Assembly (NCBI GenBank): GCA_050250895.1
Contig: JBFWNU010000001.1
Location: 968,008-1,032,007, forward strand
DNA length: 64,000 nt
Reading direction: 5' to 3'
From: Vulcanimicrobiota bacterium
GTDB taxonomy: Bacteria; Vulcanimicrobiota; Xenobia; Xenobiales; JADMJV01
Both the position numbers and the translations under genes were made by a program. Shown in pieces: positions 10,634-18,630 of the stretch (position 1 is the first letter of the stretch; the number at the start of each line of letters is the position of its first letter). Below the pieces are notes generated by a model. It did no database searches, had not been told where the DNA came from, and saw nothing but the letters and a program-made list of their open reading frames with translations.

Positions 10634-12927
10634 GAGCTTCCATGCCCAGCCGACGCGGAATTGCCTTGATCCTGACCATGGTGGTGATGGCCGTGCTGGT
10701 CACCCTGACGGCTGCCTTTGTAGGAGTCAACCGGAGCAACTCGGCCCTGACCGGTAACACCGTCTCGCGAGAGAACGCCTTCAAGGCTTGTCAGACTGGC
10801 CTCGATTACGCCTGGTCTCAACTCGAGCTCGATGGGGGCTTTGGGGCCAACGGCTTTCCCGATGCGGTGGTCAGTTGGAGCTATCCCAGCGTGGACCCGG
10901 TTTTGCGCATCACCCGCCACGGAAACACGCTCGCTCCCGAGAACCCCGACGAAAACTATCTCTCGGGCCAAAATCTCGCCAATGGCGATTCTTTTCGTAT
11001 CAGCCTCTACAACAACTTGAACAATCGAAATCCCGCCGAAGACACCCCTCTGGGCGACGTTCCCGGTCGGGAGGTGCGATTGCGCATCGACGGTCTCTCG
11101 GGGCGGGCCCAGCGCCGGCTGGACGTGGTTTTGCGCAAGAGCCCTTACGTCGACAGTTCGGCCGTCTCGAGCCTCGACATGACGGTGGCCCTCTCGGACG
11201 CCGGCCACCAGTGGCGACTGCGTAGCAAGGATCCTTACGTCAATCAGGTCCGCAGCAATACCAACATCTTCGGACCCAGCGCCATCGACGACCGTCTCAA
11301 CTTTCGCGATCCTCCCCGGGGAGGCATGGCTCTAGCCAAAGACGACATCGTGCTGGGAGGCACCAGCGTCAAGAGCAGCCCCAGTTTCTTACAGAACTCC
11401 CAGGATGCGGCTCGGGGCAGCTTTCTGGTAGACGCTCCCGAGATCCCCGTCCCGGACCTCGGACGCTCCAACCTGAGGTTCCCTGAAACCACAGTGAACA
11501 TCCCGGACGGCACCCTGGAAACCACCACCTTCGAGCGCCACGAGTGGAGTTCGGCCAACTTCGGCGTGGACACCACCGTCCCCCCGGACGGCATTCCCGA
11601 CACCACCGTCACTCGCTGGCGCAAGCAGGTCCACCGCCATCCCGCCATGACCCACGACGGCCAGACCTGGATCGCCGAGACCTCGTATGTCGCTTCTGAC
11701 TCGGGTCCTCTCACCGGTCCCGGTTCTGGCTACGCCAGCCCGGACACCAGCGACGGCTTTCAGGATGTGGCCACCCAGCCCACCACTCTGGATGACTTTC
11801 CGGTGCTCTATGAATCGGGCCCGGCCCACCAGATGCGAGCCAACCTGCTGACCGGCGAGGTGGCCCTGAGCCCGGCCACCAGCTTTGAGGTAAGCGGCGA
11901 CCTGACGGTGCAAAAGGGAACGACCTCGCCCACCCCTCACCTGAAGTTCGGACACACCATGAACGACGACGGCGAGACCAGCTTCGAGGCCATCACCGAT
12001 GGTAGCCTGTCGGCTCTCGACGATCCTTCGGCCCACAGTTCGGCGCTGGTGGCCAGCGGCAACCTGAATATTGGCGGAATCGCTTCGGGATTTGGTTCGA
12101 TCTTTGCCGATCACAGCGTCCAGCTCCAAGCCAAGCGGGGCTTGCGGGCCGACCCCGACCTGGCCGTGGCGGTGCGCGGAGAAAGCATTCGTCTCACGGC
12201 CGAGGACCCTCCCGATTCGGCCGTGGCCAACACCTTGCTCGAAACCGACTGGAAGGTCTATCAGGAAGCCCTCGGCCCCACCTACGACAGCTTCGATGGC
12301 TGGTTCGAGCAAAGCTCGACCGCCCGACGGCACATCCTGGGGGACGACCCGGCCGTGGCCTCGGGTCTGCGCACCAAGAATCTACCTGGCGATGCCGCCA
12401 ACTACTGGAACCAGCTTGACGCCGAACTCGATCTCGGCCCGGCGCCCAACTTCTCGGCCCCGCCCTTTGGCTCGGATTGGACCGGTACCTTTACCCTCGA
12501 ACACTATGCCCGGCTACGCAACTATGCCACTTCGAAAAAAAGCGGCAACCCGGTCAATCAGTGGCTCGACTTCGACGGGACCTACTTTCAAAACGTGCTG
12601 GGCAACATCGACAGCACCATTTTGACCTATTCCAACTGGGCCAGCCGCCTGGATATGACCATGGGCGCCTACATGGCCGAAGAGCTGCCGCTGATCCCCG
12701 ACGTCTATTTTGTGGGGCTGGTGCATGCCGGTAGCGGTGGATTCTTTGCCGATCTCGCGGAAGCTTCGATCTTGTTCGAGGGAGCCGTGGTCTCTCAGGG
12801 GCAACTCACCATCGAAAATACGCGAGAGTTGGACTTTGTCTACAATCGCCTCTATCTAGACGATGTCGTTCGGCAGTTCGTGGGCGATCGGGTCAAGCTC
12901 GATCAGGTCTACTTCAACATCCTCTAA
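10630..12927 (+). CDS. large PilX/GspK-like pilus tip protein
   Basis: RRG|IALILTMVVM (no Glu5, PilX type); about 765 aa, beta-rich; GTGA overlap start (alternative ATG at 10642). Confidence 0.8.
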   Translation: MRASMPSRRGIALILTMVVMAVLVTLTAAFVGVNRSNSALTGNTVSRENAFKACQTGLDYAWSQLELDGGFGANGFPDAVVSWSYPSVDPVLRITRHGNTLAPENPDENYLSGQNLANGDSFRISLYNNLNNRNPAEDTPLGDVPGREVRLRIDGLSGRAQRRLDVVLRKSPYVDSSAVSSLDMTVALSDAGHQWRLRSKDPYVNQVRSNTNIFGPSAIDDRLNFRDPPRGGMALAKDDIVLGGTSVKSSPSFLQNSQDAARGSFLVDAPEIPVPDLGRSNLRFPETTVNIPDGTLETTTFERHEWSSANFGVDTTVPPDGIPDTTVTRWRKQVHRHPAMTHDGQTWIAETSYVASDSGPLTGPGSGYASPDTSDGFQDVATQPTTLDDFPVLYESGPAHQMRANLLTGEVALSPATSFEVSGDLTVQKGTTSPTPHLKFGHTMNDDGETSFEAITDGSLSALDDPSAHSSALVASGNLNIGGIASGFGSIFADHSVQLQAKRGLRADPDLAVAVRGESIRLTAEDPPDSAVANTLLETDWKVYQEALGPTYDSFDGWFEQSSTARRHILGDDPAVASGLRTKNLPGDAANYWNQLDAELDLGPAPNFSAPPFGSDWTGTFTLEHYARLRNYATSKKSGNPVNQWLDFDGTYFQNVLGNIDSTILTYSNWASRLDMTMGAYMAEELPLIPDVYFVGLVHAGSGGFFADLAEASILFEGAVVSQGQLTIENTRELDFVYNRLYLDDVVRQFVGDRVKLDQVYFNIL

Positions 12928-13628
12928 AGGGTGACCCAGGTCGATTCGGGTGTCCTCGAGCCTCGATTGTAGTAATAGTAATCAAGGTTACGTTCCGCCT
13001 TGGACCTGTCTCCGTGAAAGGGCGAGCGGCAGCGCAAGAAGCCGGTCACCAAAACGCGACCCTGGCCGGCAATCGGCAGATAGCGCTCGAACTCACGCTC
13101 ATAGAGCGGGTGCATCAAGTCATAATTGGCGGCGGCCACTACCTTCAGCCGCTCGAGGTCAGCCGGCTTGCCCGAGCAAGCGGCCAGGGTCGCGAGAGCC
13201 AACTCGGCCTGGCCCTGGCGAAACTCGGTGGTAGCCGAGTCGCGGGCCTCTTCGAGCAAAGCTTTGGCGCCAGCGAAATCGGGGTCGTTCTGATACTCGG
13301 CGGTGCCGTCCCAGGCCACCAGATGCAGGCCCTGACTGTAGGCAAGTCGCGAGCGCATCAGGTCATCGGGCTCTTCTTCCTGAGCCGTCTGTTGGGCCTC
13401 TTGCTGATGCTCTTGCATTGCCTTGCGTCGCAGTTCGCGAGCCAGGGCGACCCGCTTTTGCTCTTGCTCGGCCGGGCTGTGGACCACGATCTGGGCGGGA
13501 TCGGGCTCGACCGTGGCCCGCTGATCCCAGCGGTCGGCCACACCGATAGCCCACAGGAACAGCCAGCAGATCACGGGCACCAGAAGGGGAGCAGCTAGAT
13601 GCTTGTCAAACTCACGAGTCTTCACCAC
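12924..13628 (-). CDS. membrane-anchored hypothetical protein
   Basis: N-terminal TM helix, Gln/Glu coiled coil, short TPR-like helices. Confidence 0.65.
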   Translation of the reverse strand: MVKTREFDKHLAAPLLVPVICWLFLWAIGVADRWDQRATVEPDPAQIVVHSPAEQEQKRVALARELRRKAMQEHQQEAQQTAQEEEPDDLMRSRLAYSQGLHLVAWDGTAEYQNDPDFAGAKALLEEARDSATTEFRQGQAELALATLAACSGKPADLERLKVVAAANYDLMHPLYEREFERYLPIAGQGRVLVTGFLRCRSPFHGDRSKAERNLDYYYYNRGSRTPESTWVTL

Positions 13629-13662
13629 TGGAGAGATTCACCGTCGCCGCAAAAACCCCTCG

Positions 13663-14856
13663 CTAGCCGGCCTGGGCCGCTCCGAAGAGCTGATGCTGTC
13701 GCACCTGGTCAGACCAGGCCGGAAAAGGATCGGGAAAATGAGCCCAGGCGTTAGGACCAAGCTCCATCTCCTGGTCGGTTAGCAAGCACAGGTCCAGCAA
13801 CCGGCAGTAGGCCTCCTGGTCGACATCGATGCCGATGAAGACCAGTTCCTGGCGCCGATCTCCCCACGGCTCTACCCAGCGAGCGGCCACCTCGGCCGGT
13901 CGCTCGGCTTCGGCCACTTCAGCCCACCACAAGCCGGCCGGCTCGAGCAGCAGGGAATCACCCGCCTGCGACCACAAGCCCTGGCGAGCGTGACGGGAGG
14001 CCAGCCAGAAGAAACCCTTGGCCCGCAAGACACCTACCCAGGGGCGGCTCAAGGCCTGGGCCAACCGAGCCGGATGAAACGGTCGCCGGGCCCGATAGAC
14101 AAAGCTAGAGATGCCGTATTCGTCGGTTTCGGGAGTGTGCTCGCCGGCCAGTTCCGCCAGCCATCCGGCCGATTTTTGGGCAGCCTCCAGGTCGAAAAGG
14201 CCGGTGTCGAGCACCAGGTCCAGCGCGACCTTGCTCTGCTGCGTCCGGACCAGCTTGGCGCCGGGATTGAGTTTGCCCAAAATCCCCTCGAGTTGCTCGA
14301 GTTCTTCTTCGTCGACCAGGTCGGTCTTGTTGAGCAGTAGCACGTCGGCGAACTCGACCTGGTCGACCAACAGGTCCACCAGAGTGCGCTGGTCCTGGGC
14401 GTCGGCGGCCATCCCCAATTCGGCCAGATCGCGGCCGGAGAGGTAGTAGTCGAGAAAAGTCGAGGCGTCGACCACGGTCACGGTCGTATCGAGCCGGGCC
14501 ACCTCCGACAAGCTGTTGCCGGTCTCGTCTTCGAAAGTGAAGGTCTGGGCCACCGGCAAAGGCTCCGAGATGCCGGTGGACTCGATGAGCAGATAATCGA
14601 ACTTGCCCTGACGGGCGAGGCGACTCACCTCGACCAGCAAGTCCTCACGCAGGGTGCAGCAGATGCAGCCGTTGGTCATCTCGACCAGCCGGGCATCGGT
14701 GCGCGAGACCAGCATCGAGTCGATGTTGACCTCACTCATGTCGTTGACGATAACGGCCACCCGCTTGCCTTGCTGATTGGTCAGCACGTGGTTGAGCAAG
14801 GTGGTCTTGCCCGAGCCCAAAAAGCCTGACAAGACAGTGACGGGGAGTTTTTCCAT
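13663..14856 (-). CDS. COG0523 (CobW/YciC/ZigA-type) metallochaperone GTPase
   Basis: [30 protein letters not shown], Cob[13 protein letters not shown] and [12 protein letters not shown]. Confidence 0.95.
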   Translation of the reverse strand: MEKLPVTVLSGFLGSGKTTLLNHVLTNQQGKRVAVIVNDMSEVNIDSMLVSRTDARLVEMTNGCICCTLREDLLVEVSRLARQGKFDYLLIESTGISEPLPVAQTFTFEDETGNSLSEVARLDTTVTVVDASTFLDYYLSGRDLAELGMAADAQDQRTLVDLLVDQVEFADVLLLNKTDLVDEEELEQLEGILGKLNPGAKLVRTQQSKVALDLVLDTGLFDLEAAQKSAGWLAELAGEHTPETDEYGISSFVYRARRPFHPARLAQALSRPWVGVLRAKGFFWLASRHARQGLWSQAGDSLLLEPAGLWWAEVAEAERPAEVAARWVEPWGDRRQELVFIGIDVDQEAYCRLLDLCLLTDQEMELGPNAWAHFPDPFPAWSDQVRQHQLFGAAQAG

Positions 14857-14898
14857 AGAAAGAGGTGTTCTCTCCCGGGGCTTCGACGCCTTCGTAGG

Positions 14899-14959
14899 TC
14901 AGACGGCGTGTCTTCAGACGGTAGTTTTCAGACGGTAGTCGTTAGACGGTAGACGGTAG
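14899..14959. repeat. heptamer-phased AGACGGT(AG) tandem repeat
   Basis: AGACGG cores start at 14901, 14916, 14930, 14944 and 14951 (spacings 15, 14, 14, 7). Confidence 0.8.
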
Positions 14960-15028
14960 TTCCGCGGCTTCGCGGCTAGTCTTGGATTACAGTCGTGGCG
15001 GTGCGGCGTGGTCGAAGCACGGGTCGGT

Positions 15029-15615
15029 GTGGGGCGCCTGAGAAATCAACCGCGGAGATCAGGAGGGCACGGAGAGGGTTGTGGGGGACGTGGGGTGAGT
15101 GTCCTGGCGAATTTCATGGGTTTGTAGCGGTGGAGGCTCGGTGGCTGCCCGATCCCGATCAGGGTGGAGCCCACTCTCAAGCACGGAAGAGCAAACTTGC
15201 GCGAGTACGGCACCACCACGTGCCGAATCCGGCACCACCTGGTGCCGTACCGCCGCCGGCCAGCCTGGGTAGCACGGCCACGGTCGGGAGAGAGCGCCAC
15301 CTCGAGTTCGGCCCTCGACAAACACCGCGCAGGCGCCTCACTTGCTGAATAGCCGCCGACCCAACGTCGCTGTCGCGTCCACCCCGATCTCCAGCGTGCA
15401 TCAGTAAGGCCACCGCGCAGAAACGAGCACGCCCTCGGCGTCTCAGTGTATCTCCGCGGTAATCGAGCGAGCGCCCACATGAAGGTTCGCGCTCCCTCGA
15501 TGGGGGGCAAACCTCCCAGGTCCCGCCGCCCGATTCCAAATAAATCCGGTCGAGCGCACCCTTTCCAGTTGCACCACCCCCTCGGCGCCTTTGCGGTTTT
15601 CACATCGAGCGCCAA
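15029..15615. repeat. long-range imperfect inverted-repeat element (copy A)
   Basis: ACCGCGGAGAT (15049-15059) pairs with ATCTCCGCGGT (15450-15460); central 11-bp hairpin 15205-15250; extra right-arm copy 15577-15613; motifs shared with 24761-25094. Confidence 0.65.
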
Positions 15616-15746
15616 CCCCTCCGCGGTTCTTCCGATTCCCGTCGGCGTCCATCTCCATGTAAAACGGCCGGGTGTGGTGACCCGACCGTTTGTTCTCCGA
15701 GCGAAGCGAGGCTCCCATCTCGAGGCCGTAGCGCAGCGAAGGCCTC

Positions 15747-15782
15747 GCTCCTTGCTCCCGAAGGGCTCCTTGCTCCCGAAGG
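15747..15782. repeat. perfect 18-bp tandem duplication GCTCCTTGCTCCCGAAGG x2
   Basis: Copies at 15747-15764 and 15765-15782, flanked by small hairpins. Confidence 0.85.
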
Positions 15783-15808
15783 GCGCCCTTCCGGCGAAGC
15801 CGGAGTTC

Positions 15809-16285
15809 CTACTCTTTGCCGGCCTTGTGGGCGGCCCAGCCGCCGACGGCGGCGCCGACGCCGAGCATGAAAACGGCACCCAGGGGACTGCCGAACGTGC
15901 CGGCGGTGAGACCGAGGAAGGCGGCCTGGCCGAGGAAGCGGCCGCGGTTGGCGGCATTCTTATCCAACGAGGCGCCCAGGTCGCCATAGAAACTGGTGGC
16001 TTCCTTGCCGACATAGTTGCCGACCACGGCGCCCCCGACGAGACCGACGACGGTGCCGGCTACGGCGCCGACCTGGCCCAGGGACGAGCCGATGGCTTCG
16101 CCGATGCGAGCTCCGGCCGAGGCGGCGGTGATGCCCAAGAAGAGCGGGGTCACGTCGCCGTAGAAGTCGGCGGCAGCCGTGTAAAAAGCGTCTTTCGGCT
16201 CAGGGCTAGCCGGGGGAGTGGGGTTCTGCGGAGGGTTCTGCCCATTGGCGCGGTTGACTGAGGGGGTGTAGTTAGCGACTTTCAT
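15809..16285 (-). CDS. glycine-zipper membrane protein
   Basis: Pro/Asn-rich N-terminus, then four Gly/Ala-rich hydrophobic helices with GxxxG repeats. Confidence 0.75.
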   Translation of the reverse strand: MKVANYTPSVNRANGQNPPQNPTPPASPEPKDAFYTAAADFYGDVTPLFLGITAASAGARIGEAIGSSLGQVGAVAGTVVGLVGGAVVGNYVGKEATSFYGDLGASLDKNAANRGRFLGQAAFLGLTAGTFGSPLGAVFMLGVGAAVGGWAAHKAGKE

Positions 16286-16387
16286 TTCTGTTCATCCTAT
16301 ATCTCTGTTTGGTAGCCTCAGTCTAGCAGGCGCGTGGGACTGCCACGTTACCGGACCATTTCCGGTTAGTGAATATCCCGCCGACAT

Positions 16388-16417
16388 AAAAAAAGGGGCT
16401 CCCGAAGGAGCCCCTTT
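16388..16417 (-). terminator. rho-independent terminator of the lipase-like gene
   Basis: AAAGGGGCTCC-CGAA-GGAGCCCCTTT hairpin with an A7 run (U-tract on the minus strand). Confidence 0.9.
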
Positions 16418-16431
16418 CCGTCTCTGCGAGC

Positions 16432-18480
16432 TTAAGGCCCGTAGATGGCGTTGTCGTAGTCGGACGGGTTGAAGGCCGGCACGAACGAGTTGTCAACCCG
16501 CGGGAAGCCCGGGTTGATGGTGGTGTTGGTGGCCAGGAAGGTAATGATTTGGGTGATGATCTGGGTGGTCGGACCGGCCGACGGGTCGAGGATCGCGCCG
16601 TGCGACGCGTTGGCGATCTGGAACAGAGCCGGACCCATGAAGCCGATGGGCACCTGGGGCACGCCAGCCACGGGGTTGATGGCGGCCACCTGGCTGAAGG
16701 CCGGGGTGACGGGAGCGGTGGCGAAGCTACGGGCCAGGTCTTCGGTGGACGAGTTCGGCACCACCTGATCCCCGATCACCTCTTGCAACAGGATACTGGC
16801 AGGCGTATTGCCGGCCAAGTCACCGGTGAGCACGTGAGGCGCGTAGTTGATCGGGTCGGCGTCGTCGAGGACGGTCTGAGCGATCAGCACGAACCGGAAG
16901 AAGTTCGGGGTGTTCTCGACAACCCCGGCTTGAGCCAGACCCGCAATGATTTGCGGCTTGAAGGTCGGCGAAGCCAGCACGGTTGCGGTCAAACGTCCGC
17001 CGGCGACGTTGAGCACGCCGCGAACCAGGTTGTTCTCGACCGCCATGGCCACGGTGCCAACGATGCCGCCCATCGAAGTGCCCACGAAGAACGGGCGAGC
17101 GTTGGGCACAGGAACGAACTCCGGACCGGCGGTGGCGTCGAGGTTGGTCTGGCCCGAAGCGATGGCCTGGGTCAAGTAGAACAGGTTCACCGCCGACTGG
17201 CGAATGTTGTCACGGGTCATACGCAGCACAGCCAGATTTAGGAAGGGGTTGGTGCCGGTGCCGTCGGGACCCATCGGGTCGGCCTTCAGGCTGCCGTGCA
17301 ACTCGAGGTCGATGGCGATGACCGCGAAGCCCTGACCGCAGTAGGCATTGGCCGTGGCGAAAATGTCGTTCTTGTTGCGGGTGATGCCGTGCTGGAAGAT
17401 GACCACCGGGAAGGGGCCAGCGCCAGCGGGCAGACAAGCAAAGAACGGGATCGGGCGGTCAGTGCCGGCCCCGATGGGGCTGGGCCAGGGACCGGTGATG
17501 GGGTTCGTGATATAGTTGCGGCCCGTCACGCTACCGGCGAAGATACGAGCGATAAAGTTGTGGGGGATCGCGGCCGACAGGCCAGGGGTGCCCATATAGA
17601 ACTGGTCAACCGTGATCGCGGCTCCGGTGCCGGCCACCGGCAAGGTGCCGTTGGCGTTGACGAGAGGGCGGTTGTCGGTGACGGCCTGGGCGCGGGCGGC
17701 CGGCAGGTCGACGAACAGCGGCTGGGTGGTGAAGGCAAATGCCAGCGGGATGTTGTCACGAGTAGTGCCCACCAGCTGCTCGGCCCCAGCCCAGACGGGT
17801 TGCAGGCCAGCGCGCAGGCCCTCGAGGGACTGAACCTGGGCTAGCGTCAAGGCGCCCGAGGCGACCTGGGCGGCCAGTTGCGCGTTGACGATGGTGTTGC
17901 CGTTCACCAGCGGAGTGGTGAGTTTGGTAAAGTTGGTGGTGTTGTTCGAGATAACCGGGCCGCCCGAGCTAGCACTGCGGACGCCGCTGGTGATGACCAC
18001 CAGGTGGCGGGTGGCCGGGTTCATCGGCACCACAGGGGTGGCGAACACGGTCGAGCCGGTGGCGGTGGTGATGACCTGATAGGTCATCGTCACTCTCTGG
18101 CCGGTGGTGGTGTTGAAGACCGGCAGCGTATCGTTGGTCACGCTAGCGGGAACCACCGGGCCGACGAAGGGGATGATCAGGCTACCGGCGGTGGAGAAGC
18201 CCTGCAGCGAGTTGATCGATGCGAAAGGCTCCGTCATGCCGGTCGGGTCGGCTGGCGTCGTGAAATTGTTGAAGCCGGTCTGCGGATTACGAGCGATGTC
18301 GTTCGGCAGAGGAATGACGCTGTTGGTCGGGTCAAACGCCGGGAAGGTCTGACTGACTGGGACCGGGTTGGGAAGAGTGGGGGCTGGGGCGGCGGTACCG
18401 GTCGATACCGTATCGCAACCCCATAGCGCTACTGCGAAGAGTAGAGCGCACAGGGATGTAACTGCTCGTCTAAAAGTCAT
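16432..18480 (-). CDS. lipoprotein, Pla-1/cef (VolA-like) extracellular lipase family
   Basis: Lipobox LWG-C; IPLPND and LQGFST N-domain; FQHGIT oxyanion motif, GTSMGG nucleophile, GDQVVPN, late HG; AGGAG RBS before ATG 18480. Confidence 0.8.
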   Translation of the reverse strand: MTFRRAVTSLCALLFAVALWGCDTVSTGTAAPAPTLPNPVPVSQTFPAFDPTNSVIPLPNDIARNPQTGFNNFTTPADPTGMTEPFASINSLQGFSTAGSLIIPFVGPVVPASVTNDTLPVFNTTTGQRVTMTYQVITTATGSTVFATPVVPMNPATRHLVVITSGVRSASSGGPVISNNTTNFTKLTTPLVNGNTIVNAQLAAQVASGALTLAQVQSLEGLRAGLQPVWAGAEQLVGTTRDNIPLAFAFTTQPLFVDLPAARAQAVTDNRPLVNANGTLPVAGTGAAITVDQFYMGTPGLSAAIPHNFIARIFAGSVTGRNYITNPITGPWPSPIGAGTDRPIPFFACLPAGAGPFPVVIFQHGITRNKNDIFATANAYCGQGFAVIAIDLELHGSLKADPMGPDGTGTNPFLNLAVLRMTRDNIRQSAVNLFYLTQAIASGQTNLDATAGPEFVPVPNARPFFVGTSMGGIVGTVAMAVENNLVRGVLNVAGGRLTATVLASPTFKPQIIAGLAQAGVVENTPNFFRFVLIAQTVLDDADPINYAPHVLTGDLAGNTPASILLQEVIGDQVVPNSSTEDLARSFATAPVTPAFSQVAAINPVAGVPQVPIGFMGPALFQIANASHGAILDPSAGPTTQIITQIITFLATNTTINPGFPRVDNSFVPAFNPSDYDNAIYGP

Positions 18481-18630
18481 AGGATACTCCTGATTTGGTT
18501 CGCCGGGACGTTGGCTGATAGCCCCCCCCGGTTGGCTGAGGACGCCTCTTTTCACCCCTTTCGTTCAAATCCTGCCTGCCAAATAGATTCATGAAGGAAC
18601 CCTTTGCAGGTCTGGCCAAGCCCGGTTGCG

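Noticed and set aside
14899-14959. CRISPR array or Neisseria-type DNA uptake sequence (reverse strand CCGTCTGAA resembles GCCGTCTGAA)
   Set aside because: Units are 7-14 bp with no spacers or cas genes; copies are clustered rather than dispersed and do not match the uptake sequence exactly
14857-15808. Cobalamin riboswitch or Zur box upstream of the COG0523 gene
   Set aside because: I could not find the B12-box motifs or an AT-rich Fur-family palindrome by eye; an Rfam scan would settle it
14995-16261. ORFs 15046-16014(-), 15446-16261(+) and shorter ones in the gap
   Set aside because: Arg/Pro/Gly-rich translations with no motifs, overlapping a better gene and the repeat element
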